Below, piece by piece: positions 1 to 12,378 of a stretch of DNA of 64,000 nt. The translations under genes and the position numbers were made by a program. The number at the start of each line of letters is the position of its first letter. Position 1 is the stretch's first letter. The DNA is taken from the NCBI GenBank assembly GCA_973851085.1, contig OZ316775.1, positions 4,836,001 to 4,900,000 on the forward strand. Direction: 5' to 3'. The notes beneath the pieces are model-generated. The model saw nothing but the letters and a program-made list of their open reading frames with translations, made no database searches and had not been told where the DNA came from. This stretch comes from Ptychomitrium polyphyllum. Taxonomy: Eukaryota.

Positions 1-1878
1 TAAAATCACCTAACCACCACATATCCCTAAAATTATTCACCTCTCCCAATTACCTCCCAACCACCTCCCATAACCAAAACCATCACAAAAACCGAAATTA
101 AAAACCAAAATACACCATATCAACTAGAAAAGCCAACCTCAGAATTCGTTGCAAGTTATGCAGAACCTCAAGAAACACTCCAAAGCGAAAATTCTCGACG
201 AGCTTGCAGAGCTTGCGATGCAGAAATGCAGACTGTCGTGAAGAATGGAGACCACGGTCGCCTGCACTGCATTATTATTCTTGACAATCAGGACGGTGGG
301 ATGGTGGATTTGAGATGACGAGAGAAACAACAGTCGCTTGTTCCTCATCGTTTCGATCGTCTCCGATCGTCTCCGATTGCGCTCTCTTTCGCCTTAGTGC
401 AAACATAAACGCGACATAGTGCTCCAAAAGCGTCACGATCTCTGTCTGCTTAAGGTATCAGGCATGAAAGTGGTGGTTTTGAATGAAGCAACTTCTTTTG
501 GTTACGAATTTTTTCTTGTTGTTTTTGAAACGGAGGATTGTGGGTCGTTGGTAGATGCCAGGTTGAGGGGAGGGGTTTTGGAAGTGGACGTGTGGCTGGC
601 GGCGGGACCCTCGAGGCTTGTTGCCTGTGGACAGGAGCTATATTTTGAGGGATGGGGCACGGAGCTATCTTTGCTGGGGCCTTTCTAGTGTCTCAAAGAG
701 GCGTTCTTAGCTAGACATATTGAGCCTGCATTGCCTGCAGTATTTCCGTGATGGTTGCGAGGGAGGGTGGTGGTGATGGGGCTGTTTTTCGGGATAGACG
801 GCCTTTCCGTCGTCTCACGCTCCGGAGGCAATTTCGGCATTTTTACGGGGGTCGACAGTGACTGGTGTGTTACTGAAGCATGTTACTGCAGTGGTGGTTA
901 GCGACTTCGTAGTAATGTATGGAGCATAATTTCGTTTCAATTGCAGCCGTGTTCTGTGGCACATGAGATTCTCAATCGCCAGAAGTGGATCGAACTGATT
1001 ATAAGTACGGTACTGGTAAGTGAGAGAGTTTGTATTTGTAGGTGGAGTGTGAGTTTCTTGTTAGGTGTCGCAAGGGGCCTGGGTTGCAGATACTTTCAGC
1101 GGTTCCACAAGCCTTCCACGTGAACGTACCTTTCTGTTCTCCCACATGTTTTGCAATAGGACTTGTAAAGCAAGAGCCGGTGCATTCTTAATTCGGTCAT
1201 CCGAACGGCTTGACTAGCACAACTATTTCCAATATTATGCTCACCGGTTTGCAAGATACAATATACAGAATGTCACGCTCACCTGCAGCTGCTACTGTAG
1301 CATAAGCAAGTAAAACTGTTGTAACATCAATCAGGCAACGATGGAAATACTCTCTGCACATCGACAGTTTAGCACAAAGCTCGGATAAGAAAATGGTTAA
1401 CTCTGATTGAATTCACATCCATTAAAGCGAAGATCGAGAGCGACTGGCCATACAAACCAAAGTGAAAGCCAAAACAGCAGAATCAACTCTAGCACCCTCT
1501 CGTAACTCCTGCACAAACATGTCTTCAAAACATCTTGCATTTCTCACCAGAATCATGAGAATGCATATACAAAGAATGTTTATCTGTAACATTACAAGCA
1601 AGGAGGCAGTAACCACAAAACCTGCTGCATCCTCCTTCAATAGGGACGAGCACCTCGCAGTTATCTAATCAGAGGGGCCTGATTGTGTGCCCCGAAGCTA
1701 CAGTATAGTTTTAGTTTAGAAATCTTTTCTAAACAACTTGGTCGATAAAATCAAGGCGTAAGCTATATCTAACATTATGCGCAAAGCACTTAGTTGTCAT
1801 CACTACAATAATGCATTGAACACATCAGCTGTGGCTAGCCATTTATATGTAAGTGAGTGACATACGTCAGAACATGAT

Positions 1879-4813
1879 TCAAGGCAACGTGACAACCACC
1901 TCCTTGCGATCAGCTCCATAAGACTGTACATGCACAACCATAGATATTAGCCAACTCTCCCAGGAGTCCAAAATCTCTAGCTTTCATCTAAAAACGGTAG
2001 ACCTCATGAACCAAGGCAATATGTAAGTAGTTACCTGAGCTCCATAACTCTTCTGGTATATGTGCGAGAAAAGCTCTTCTGAGTCAGGCGAGGGACTCTC
2101 CTGCAGATAAGAAAAACAGCATTCAAAACTCACAACATGAATGATATTAAAACCAAAATGTTCTCCAGTAGAGAATGTAATGGAAAGTGAATGATTGCCT
2201 ACCATAGTCCCAAAAACCCTTATACAACGATTCGGTCAGACCACAAGTAAAATCAGAACATTGAATCAACGATTCACACCTTGGCCTTGGCAAGAGCATC
2301 TTCTACTTCCTTCTTGGCCTCCTTCTCAATCGTCTGCACAAACCACACCAAACTGGATAAGAAAATATACCCCCTCATTAATTATGTCTTTTTCAAAATC
2401 GACGCAGAAACCACAACATAAAGATCTCAGTTCTCGAACCTTGAACAACAATTATGGAGGGCTAAAACCCCACCTTCAACTCAGCAACTGTAGCAATCTC
2501 GTGAGACAATAAAAGTTTCCTAATTCTTTCAATGGGATCCCGCTCCTGCAGACATTAGCAAAATAGCATCAGAAAGCAAACCATACTCTGTGCCAAGACT
2601 CAGGATGCTACAGCACTACCCCAACAAATTATCACTTTCAAAACAACATGCATGAATTTTGACAAGGATAAGTTCAACTTAAAACATACCTGACGAACAC
2701 CAGAGATCTCGTCACGAGTTCGGTACGTGCTGCCTGGATCGGACATGGAGTGACCGTGGTACCTATACGTGTCCATCTCCAAGACCTTCATGCCAAAAAC
2801 ACATCTTAGATGAAGAAAAAAATAAATTAGCCTGCTTGAAATGACATACTGTCTTATATGCCTCCAGCACCAGCAGATGAGAGGAAATCTCGAGGTCACA
2901 GAGCTTGCAACACTAATTATGATATAGATGGAGAAATACAAACCGATACCCACCATGGGACCATTTTTCAAAGCGTACTCCTTAGCAAACTTCACTGCCT
3001 GCTTCACAGCCAAGCAGTCCATGCCATCCACCTGGACCAAAAACATGTACATTCAGGATGAAACAGAGAATACATTTGGTTGCCATCACAACAGAATGTA
3101 GTAAAGTATCAGAACATTTGAACCTTAAGTGTTTCCTGCAAATTGTTTCACCTAGTAAACGAACCAGCTCCAATAAAAGCTGAAATCGGCAAGTCAGGTC
3201 TAGACTACAAATCAACACAACGAAATGTCCGAATTTTTTAGTCATTAATAGAGTAAAGCTTCATGATAAAAAGAAACAAACCCAACCTTCAAACCAGGAA
3301 CGTAGTCACCACGCTTGTAGTACTCCGGACTCTTTGCTGACCGCCACTCAGCAGTACCCATTCCGTCTGTAAAACACGTAACAAACTCAGGATCAGGGCA
3401 CAAATCGTAATCCAAGAAATACTATACACGGTGACAAGAAGAGATTTGCACTACAACAAATTTTAGTAATAAAACCACATCACTGGCAAACAGTAGGAAT
3501 GCCCCGACTATAGGAAACGACTCAACCAGATGTTAAAAACTATAATCCAACCCTTCCTACACCTTCAGGCAAGAGAATCTTTAGAAACACCAGCAAACCA
3601 TCAATTCCAGAACCAATGCCTTAAGAACACCTGAAACAAAGTACAAATAAAACAATAGACATCAAAGCGAAGTAATTTAAAACTACCAATCAGACCATCA
3701 GTCCAACTAAACGAATCTCCTTCCCGAAGAAACCAATGAATGCCAAGAAAGCGAGTTCAAACAGAACACGGCAATGCAAAAAAAAATCTGTGAAATTCGA
3801 GAGTCAGTATCCAACACGAACCTCAGACTGCTTAACTGCATTAATTCCGCTCAGATTACCATGAACCAAGACAAACCCCATGAGACCAATCCACAAATGT
3901 CCTCGTTCACCCCTCAAAGTACAAAATGATATATACAAATCCACCAACAATTCGCTAACTCAAACAATGCAAATGATTCCAAAAAAAATAAACACACTCC
4001 AAACCAACTGACAAGTAACGATTGCCATGACGCCAATTCCGTTCCCAATTGCCATTGTCCAATGCCAACTCCGGCCGCAAATGAAACTAGAAGTTCACGC
4101 AATCCCGACTCACAGTGGTTGTTCTCGCAGACGTAGACCACCGGCAGGTCCCACAGCGCCGAGATGTTCATCGCCTCAAACAGCTGCCCCTGGTTCGCCG
4201 CGCCGTCGCCGTACATCGCCAGCGTCACGCCCTCCACCTTCAGGTACTTCTGCGCGAATGCCAGCCCCGCGCCCAGCGGCGTCTGCGCGCCCACGATCCC
4301 GTTCCCGCCGTAGAACCCGCCCTTCTTGTTGTACATGTGCATCGACCCGCCCTTCCCCAGCGAGCACCCGTCCTTGCGCCCCATCAGCTCCGCGAACACC
4401 TCCAGCACCGTGCCCCCGCGCCCCAGGTGCGTGCAGTGGTCGCGGTACGCCGTGATGATGCAGTCTTTGTCGTTCAGCGCCGCCTCCATGCCCACGCACA
4501 CCGCCTCCTGCCCGTCGTAGAGGTGGCAGAACCCGCGGATGAACTTGCTCTTGTACAGGCTGTCGGCCGCGATCTCCATGCGCCGCATCACGAACATGGT
4601 GCGGAAGAACTCCGTCAGCTCCCGCGCCGACGTCTCCACCGTCAGCGACGGCGGATCCACCTTGTGCCCCTTGAAAGGTACCGGAATGTCCAGCGTGATC
4701 GGCTCCGCGCTCGTGCTCAGCCCGCGCTGCCCCACCGCGCACACCAAGGGCGCCGCCCTCGCGCCGTCCAGCAGCCCGCTGCCCGCGCGGCGCCACGCCT
4801 GCCGCAGCGCCAT
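1879..4813 (-). CDS. PDHA1: Mitochondrial pyruvate dehydrogenase E1 alpha subunit, copy A (8 exons: 4813-4114, 3366-3287, 3031-2954, 2785-2690, 2545-2474, 2333-2280, 2100-2035, 1923-1879)
   Basis: Motifs [23 protein letters not shown]-binding GDGAANQGQ...ENN and [12 protein letters not shown]. Arg-rich N-terminal presequence. All introns are GT-AG and splice in frame to a TGA at 1879-1881. Confidence 0.96.
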
Positions 4814-7080
4814 GGCTGCCGAATGCCGACCGCGGAATGCGAAGACGACGAACACGGAACCCTAAGCAGAAGCCCCTTTGCGAAGAGAGAAAGAGAGTGA
4901 CAGAGAATGGCAGCCTAACCGGGCCGATGACGCGCGAGCGCAGACGAGCCCGGGCGTGGGATCTTTTGACGGAACGCCCTCCTCGCTAAATGTACAGCAG
5001 CCCTTGGCACTCGGGAGCTGGTGGCCTTTCAGAGCGCTGCGGACGCCCCCTTCGCACTGCATTCCCTCCGCCCCGGGCAGCGCATTCCGGGCAGCGGCGC
5101 GGGTTCTCCTCCTTCCCAGTTCTCCCCTTCAGCCTCTCGTCGCCCCCCCTCGACGTCAGTCCACCCCCCGGTCTAAAGCAGGCAGCTCCCCCCCCCTCCC
5201 CCTGTCTCCATTCGCAAGTTGACCACATCCCTCGCCAGTCGGTCCTAGGTGCCATTTGAATTTCAAATGAACAAAGAATGATGACCCCCGAGGCGCACTC
5301 TAATAGAATCATTTTTCGAAGTATGTTAAAATGTTCTAAATTTAATCTATGAGGCTCTAATATGCTACTCAAAGTGAAAATATGGTAACTTGTGGTCAAA
5401 CAGGGCGTTGAAAGATTTGTCTACATATTCTCAATTTATTTCTAGTTGTCACACCNNNNNNNNNNNNNNNNNNNNNNNNNNNNNNNNNNNNNNNNNNNNN
5501 NNNNNNNNNNNNNNNNNNNNNNNNNNNNNNNNNNNNNNNNNNNNNNNNNNNNNNNTCTAAATTTAATCTATGAGGCTCTAATATGCTACTCAAAGTGAAA
5601 ATATGGTAACTTGTGGTCAAACAGGGCGTTGAAAGATTTGTCTACATATTCTCAATTTATTTCTAGTTGTCACACCACAAGTAGTTTTGGCTTTTGACAC
5701 ATTCTCCTGCTTTCCACTTGTGCATCAACGAAAAATCACTATTCGCTAGGATGGCTACTGCTCAAAAATGAAACAGAAAGCCCCTGCGCAGCCTGGGCGG
5801 GGGGGGGTTGCGCATGCACAAGGACGTCACCGTACAGTAGAAGAACCGACTGGCAAGGGATGTGGTCAACTTGCGAATGGAGACAGGGGGAGGGGGGGGG
5901 AGCTGCCTGCTTTAGACCGGGGGGTGGACTGACGTCGAGGGGGGGCGACGAGAGGCTGAAGGGGAGAACTGGGAAGGAGGAGAACCCGCGCCGCTGCCCG
6001 GAATGCGCTGCCCGGGGCGGAGGGAATGCAGTGCGAAGGGGGCGTCCGCAGCGCTCTGAAAGGCCACCAGCTCCCGAGTGCCAAGGGCTGCTGTACATTT
6101 AGCGAGGAGGGCGTTCCGTCAAAAGATCCCACGCCCGGGCTCGTCTGCGCTCGCGCGTCATCGGCCCGGTTAGGCTGCCATTCTCTGTCACTCTCTTTCT
6201 CTCTTCGCAAAGGGGCTTCTGCTTAGGGTTCCGTGTTCGTCGTCTTCGCATTCCGCGGTCGGCATTCGGCAGCCATGGCGCTGCGGCAGGCGTGGCGCCG
6301 CGCGGGCAGCGGGCTGCTGGACGGCGCGAGGGCGGCGCCCTTGGTGTGCGCGGTGGGGCAGCGCGGGCTGAGCACGAGCGCGGAGCCGATCACGCTGGAC
6401 ATTCCGGTACCTTTCAAGGGGCACAAGGTGGATCCGCCGTCGCTGACGGTGGAGACGTCGGCGCGGGAGCTGACGGAGTTCTTCCGCACCATGTTCGTGA
6501 TGCGGCGCATGGAGATCGCGGCCGACAGCCTGTACAAGAGCAAGTTCATCCGCGGGTTCTGCCACCTCTACGACGGGCAGGAGGCGGTGTGCGTGGGCAT
6601 GGAGGCGGCGCTGAACGACAAAGACTGCATCATCACGGCGTACCGCGACCACTGCACGCACCTGGGGCGCGGGGGCACGGTGCTGGAGGTGTTCGCGGAG
6701 CTGATGGGGCGCAAGGACGGGTGCTCGCTGGGGAAGGGCGGGTCGATGCACATGTACAACAAGAAGGGCGGGTTCTACGGCGGGAACGGGATCGTGGGCG
6801 CGCAGACGCCGCTGGGCGCGGGGCTGGCGTTCGCGCAGAAGTACCTGAAGGTGGAGGGCGTGACGCTGGCGATGTACGGCGACGGCGCGGCGAACCAGGG
6901 GCAGCTGTTTGAGGCGATGAACATCTCGGCGCTGTGGGACCTGCCGGTGGTCTACGTCTGCGAGAACAACCACTGTGAGTCGGGATTGCGTGAACTTCTA
7001 GTTTCATTTGCGGCCGGAGTTGGCATTGGACAATGGCAATTGGGAACGGAATTGGCGTCATGGCAATCCTTACTTGTCAG
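4008..7080. repeat. Large inverted repeat, arms ~4008-5243 and ~5845-7080, covering the upstream region, exon 1 and the start of intron 1 of both PDH copies
   Basis: Mirror-image ORFs in the track (coordinates sum to 11088). By eye I found only about three mismatches across the arms. Confidence 0.95.
5335..5676. other. Scaffold gap (5456-5555) flanked by an exact 121 bp direct duplication (5335-5455 = 5556-5676); unmerged contig overlap
   Basis: Identical sequence tctaaatttaatc...gtcacacc on both sides of a 100-N run. Confidence 0.9.
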
Positions 7081-9725
7081 CTGAGGGGTTAGGTCGGATT
7101 GTCAATGTCGCTGAATCTGAGGGTGCTTTTTGCGGATGTCTTCTTACTTGAAGAGATAGTCGTAGTATAATGGAGAGTGAACTGGTTACATCGTTTGGTG
7201 AACTGGTTTTATCGGGATGGTGAACTGGTTGTTTGGAGAAGAAATAATTGGTGTCGTTCAGGAGGTGAATTGATGGTTTCGTGATTTGAGTGTGTAGGAA
7301 TCTGCGAGTTACTTTTCTTCGGGGTTTCTAGTATTCTTGACTCTAATAGAGCGAGGTTACCTGTTTGAACTTGTTAGGGTGCATTATGTTTTACTGTTGA
7401 TCGTGGTGTCAGTGCTGAACCATTAGTAATGTTTCCTGGAGCCCGATGCAGAAGATAAGTGAATTTAACTTGGTTGGGAATTGAGGTTAGGCGGATTGAG
7501 GCTTACGAACTGGTGCACGTAATAAGTAAGCAAAGCCGGTCTTGGTGTATGTTTAGGAATATGTGGTTCTTTTGATAAGTAGGTGTTAGTGTTTCAGAAA
7601 CTTAGTGTGCATAATATGTTAGCGGCAGTAGGATCTCGGCGTAGTTTGAGACTTTTACAAATTTGCGAGGAGAGTCCGATGTTTGACATTATCAACAGAA
7701 TGTTTCGTGTTCGGTTTTTACCTCCTTGTCTGAGACCTGAGATGCAGTTGAAATTGGCTAGGTTTCTTATTTTACAAATGGTGTAGAATCGTAGACCAGT
7801 TTTATTTTTTTCTACACTGAAATCTGGGGACGATATTTCAAATCGGCTTCATGTAGGAGCGCTCACAACGATTTCCTGCCCTAATTTTGTTTTACTGGAG
7901 CACAGTTATTATTTCATATTGAGATGTTGTATTCTGATGTTGAACTGGTTTTGTTTGTGATAGACGGAATGGGTACCGCAGAGTGGCGATCAGCCAAGAG
8001 TCCGGAGTATTACAAGCGTGGTGACTACGTTCCTGGTTTGAAGGTTTGTTCATTTTTTTCCAATCGGCAGTTTCTACTAATCTCGTCATGGTACTCCAGA
8101 AGTTTTAGGTTTGTGCCTGTATATTTTCATAGTAGAATGTGCATTTTGCAATTTCTTATCTTGGCTTTGTGTAATGTTTTTATCCTGGTTGAACAACTTG
8201 CAGAAAACGATCCATGAGTTTGTGTTTGTGGCATTGTCATGTTCCAGTCTTAGCGCAACCACATTCATATTAACCTTTCCGATGGTTGCTTTTGTTTCTT
8301 GTCAGGTCGACGGTATGGACTGCTTGGCTGTGAAGCAGGCCGTGAAGTTCGCCAAGGAGTACGCGTTGAAAAATGGCCCTATGGTAAATTCCTCGTTTCA
8401 TTTCGTGAATCTCGATTTCGTATATTCTTCAATTTTGGTTTTCTCCGGGTTTTCCCGCACTTTCTGATTTTGCTGAGTTGTGGCAGTTGTGCTGATAGCT
8501 TGTGGGTGTTGTGATTTTTTTATTTTCTTTCTTTTGAAAGGCGTTTTGTCTGTAGGTCTTGGAGATGGACACATATAGGTATCATGGTCACTCTATGTCT
8601 GACCCTGGAAGCACGTACCGGACTCGTGATGAGATCTCTGGTGTCCGTCAGGTATGTTTGAAGTTGCACTTTTGTCAATGTTGATGTGGACTGCTCCAGA
8701 AATGTTCTCAAGAAACGGGATACCGTGTTTAGTGCTGAAGCTTACTCTGCGGTGGACAAGATGGTTACTCACTTTTTGGCACATGTTTGCTGATGTATGC
8801 AGGAGCGGGATCCCATTGAAAGAATTAGGAAACTTTTGTTGTCCCACGAGATTGCTAGCGTTGCAGAGCTGAAGGTGAATCTTATGGATTCCTATAGCTG
8901 TTTGCTAATTGTTAACAGTTGACCTTTCGGTTCTGGTTCTTCATTATTATACGAGTAACCGTAGCTCTGATGAAGCTTCATGTCCTCAGAGTATGTTTGA
9001 TGAGTCTTGTGCAGACTATTGAGAAGGAGGCTAAGAAAGAAGTAGAAGATGCCCTCGCTAAAGCCAAGGTTTGTACAATTTCACTGGATGTTTTTTTGTT
9101 GAGAGTGGGGATCTTCCTTGTTTAGTTTTAAGGACTGTTGATCAATCATTTGGTTTCGAGATGTTTAGGCTGTTGGAGAGAATTTTATTCTAATAGTTCT
9201 ACGTGGTGTAAACTTTGAATTTTGTTTTTTGTCTATATGCAGGAGAGTCCCTCGCCCGATTCAGAGGAGCTCTTCTCCCATATCTACAAGAAGAGCTATG
9301 GAGCACAGGTAATCTGCAGTTCTATTATGCTGCCTTGGTCTATGTGACTAACCATCTTGAGATGGCAGCTGGGAATCTGAGATTGTGCGGACTGGTTTGT
9401 CCGGTCTTGAATGGACACATAGGTGCTGGTTGTAATGGTGGTGGGTGTGATACTGGGTTATTTTGGTACATTTGCAGAGTAAAGATCCATTTGTGCTTTT
9501 TGTTTGCACACAAATAGCCAGCATAGCATGACGTGAACGTAAAATTTCTGATCTATGAGCAGCGCATTTCTATATTGTTGATAGTTAGCTCTGATGAATT
9601 TGGGAAGGTACACTGTTAAGCACTGTGATTTTTGCCTAGACAGCTGGTGTCTGGCTGATCCTAATGTTTTGCGTGTACAGTCGTATGGAGCTGATCGCAA
9701 GGAGGTCGTTGTCACATTGCCTTGA
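6275..9725 (+). CDS. PDHA1: Mitochondrial pyruvate dehydrogenase E1 alpha subunit, copy B (8 exons: 6275-6974, 7964-8043, 8306-8383, 8556-8651, 8803-8874, 9015-9068, 9243-9308, 9681-9725)
   Basis: Same motifs and exon lengths as copy A (700, 80, 78, 96, 72, 54, 66, 45 nt). GT-AG introns; ends [14 protein letters not shown]. Confidence 0.96.
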
Positions 9726-12378
9726 ACTGTGTTTGGACGAGTTGTCTCACGCTTGCGACGAAGTGGCAGCTCACAGCTTAGTATGCAAGCAGCACTTCAC
9801 GGTAGTGATGACCAACAAGATTTCTACATAAATGGTAGCTTATACCTCACATCTTTGTCGGCCAATTTGACCAGACCAGACCAGCCCTTTAGATTTACAC
9901 TATACTGTAGCTTCGGGGCACGGAAACATGCCTCTTTGGTTATGTAATAATTGCGAGGTGCTCGTGCCCCTATTGAAGGAGGATAAACCAATAATTTATC
10001 GGAATTTTGGCGAGAAATGCAAGAATGTTTGAGGACACCGTTTATGTAAGAATACGACCAGGTGCCAGAGCAGTATCTTGGTTTTTTATTGTTTTTTAGT
10101 CCATTTTTCTACTTGAGTTTTTTAACAAATGAAACGACTATTCATTCCAAAGAATCAACCTCGTTCCCTGGCCAAGCCGAGATCTGGCTGGCGAGAAACA
10201 AGTAAGGGATTACGTAAGTGAAAATCCACCACAATAATTGAAATTCAAATATAAATTGATGTGATGTCAACCTGCTACCTTGATTGCTACTTGGTTGATT
10301 TGACCTCCTCCCAACTAAATCGATTATCGATCAGCTTCTTTATCGGCAATTCGAGTTCAGTTTTTCTTCTGTATTCCATTTAAATTTTCCGCTTGGCATT
10401 CATGCCTACAACATGCGTGTAATCTTCTTTTCAAATGGATATGAAATCTTCTTCTGAAACAAACCACTTAGGTGATGGATAGCAAACTGATTTAGAAATT
10501 CAACATAGTGTTGGCTACACTAATTAAAAATAAGAATTGTAAGTGCCACAAGCCAAGAAATTTATATAAATTTCAAACCATACTTATTTATTTCAATCCC
10601 TTATCACAAGTGTGCTTAACTTTTAAGTGTAGCAAACTTTTTGTTTTAAGAGACTTCCAAAAAATTTGGGATACATGATAGATTTTGTAAAATTTATCTT
10701 GTTGATTAAGTATATGTGCAAGAATATCCTTTCCTATGGCCTATATTGAGTTTTAATAATTTGAACCAAAATATAGAATCACATTATGTAGTAATTTATG
10801 TTTTCTGTTGTATCAGAATTCTTCATATAAATTGAAAGTGGCACATGTTATTTAAATTCAAATACGTACTCCAAATTTAATCTCCATATTGTGAAGGCAA
10901 ATATTGGCTCATTCGAAGTTAATATTACAGAAAAATATTGATCCACAAATAAACAATTGAATTCAAAAACAAAAAATAAATGCAACATATTGTATTTCTT
11001 GTATTTCTATTCTCCCCGTGATATCTTTGGTGTCAGCTGTGATTAAAACTTTAATTACTTATTGTAAACTCAATATTTAGAGTTAGCAAGAGTTCTTGAG
11101 CTTGATATAAAGTTCTTCCCAATATGCTTGTAACTAGCTGTTCCCTGAAAATTTGGTGTGAAAATGGGTTCCTGGTTGCAAGTCAATTATTATGGTGCCC
11201 AAGGAAGAAAAAGTGATGACATCAGCAACTGGATATTGGCACCTTTTCCATGAGGATCTCCAGAGTAAAGATGGGAAAGCAAGCACATCCCAATCTTTAG
11301 ATAAAATTCGGTCCTTTAAACGGAACTACTTCCATCATGACACTAGGTTAGTATTGCTCACGTAACCAAAGAGCAAGGGAAATGTGGTCTTCTGACAAGA
11401 AAGTGCAATTCAAGTGCAGTGCCAGCTGTCGATTCTCATCATTAAGCACACTAAATTGGTCAATCACATGAATCTCAAGGAGAAGATACTGTCGTCAGTA
11501 AGAATGTTTACTCACACGGCATGACTATATACGTCATATAATCAGACAAGAATACTCTCCCAAGCTAGAATGAACTGTTCAGAAGTAGGAATGCTTCGTC
11601 ACCAGCTTGTGAGATAGGCCTTTATTGGAATCCTCTCCAGTTTCACCTGCTTATGAAGTGTTCGTTACTGTGTATCACCGCATCTGCATCCCATGAACAG
11701 CTGTGCATGTTAACAAGGAAAAATAGCGACCAACAGTAGTCCTAGCCAGGAACGAACGAGTAGTACAACCTGCTGGATCTGTTCGATGTGTACTCATAAA
11801 TCAAACTGCAAGGTTATGTAATGTGCTCTGGAATAACTTTGAGTTCGTGCAGATGAGAGTTCATAGAGCTCACCGAGATAACGCTCTTCTTTAAACTAGT
11901 TTCTAACAGTGCTAAGCATGTGAAATGTAGTTCGTACATACAGCAGACAATACACTGTAAATGATGTCTACATATAAGTGAAGCTGAAGACTTGTTCCAC
12001 ATCAAACATCTTCCAAAATAACACAAGAACGCCAACAACATAACCTTGTAAAAGTTACGATGAAACAAGTGGAAAATGAGCATTCTAAATAGCAAGTACT
12101 TAGAAATTGTTATATTGACATATAATTACGTTTCCGGAGTTACAAGAAATGCTCTGCACTTGGTATACGAAACTGCCATTTCCCCATGTCTACGATTATT
12201 CATCGTCCCAGATCTTTAATCATTACACATATTGAAGTCACTCTGAATCAAATATTCACAGTTCAAGTTGCAACTAATATAGAGAGGTCATTCCTCTCAA
12301 ATCTTAAGCAGATATCGGATTATCACTAGGGTTTTCATTGCTATTGCGGCTGACGTAAGTAGAGTTCCTATTGCCATT

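Noticed and set aside
5335..5676. 121 bp direct repeat around the N run as a biological repeat
   Set aside because: An exact duplicate on each side of a 100-N placeholder is typical of an unmerged contig overlap.
4027..7061. Many overlapping 100-260 aa ORFs over PDH exon 1
   Set aside because: Stop-poor alternative frames of GC-rich coding DNA, mirrored by the inverted repeat.
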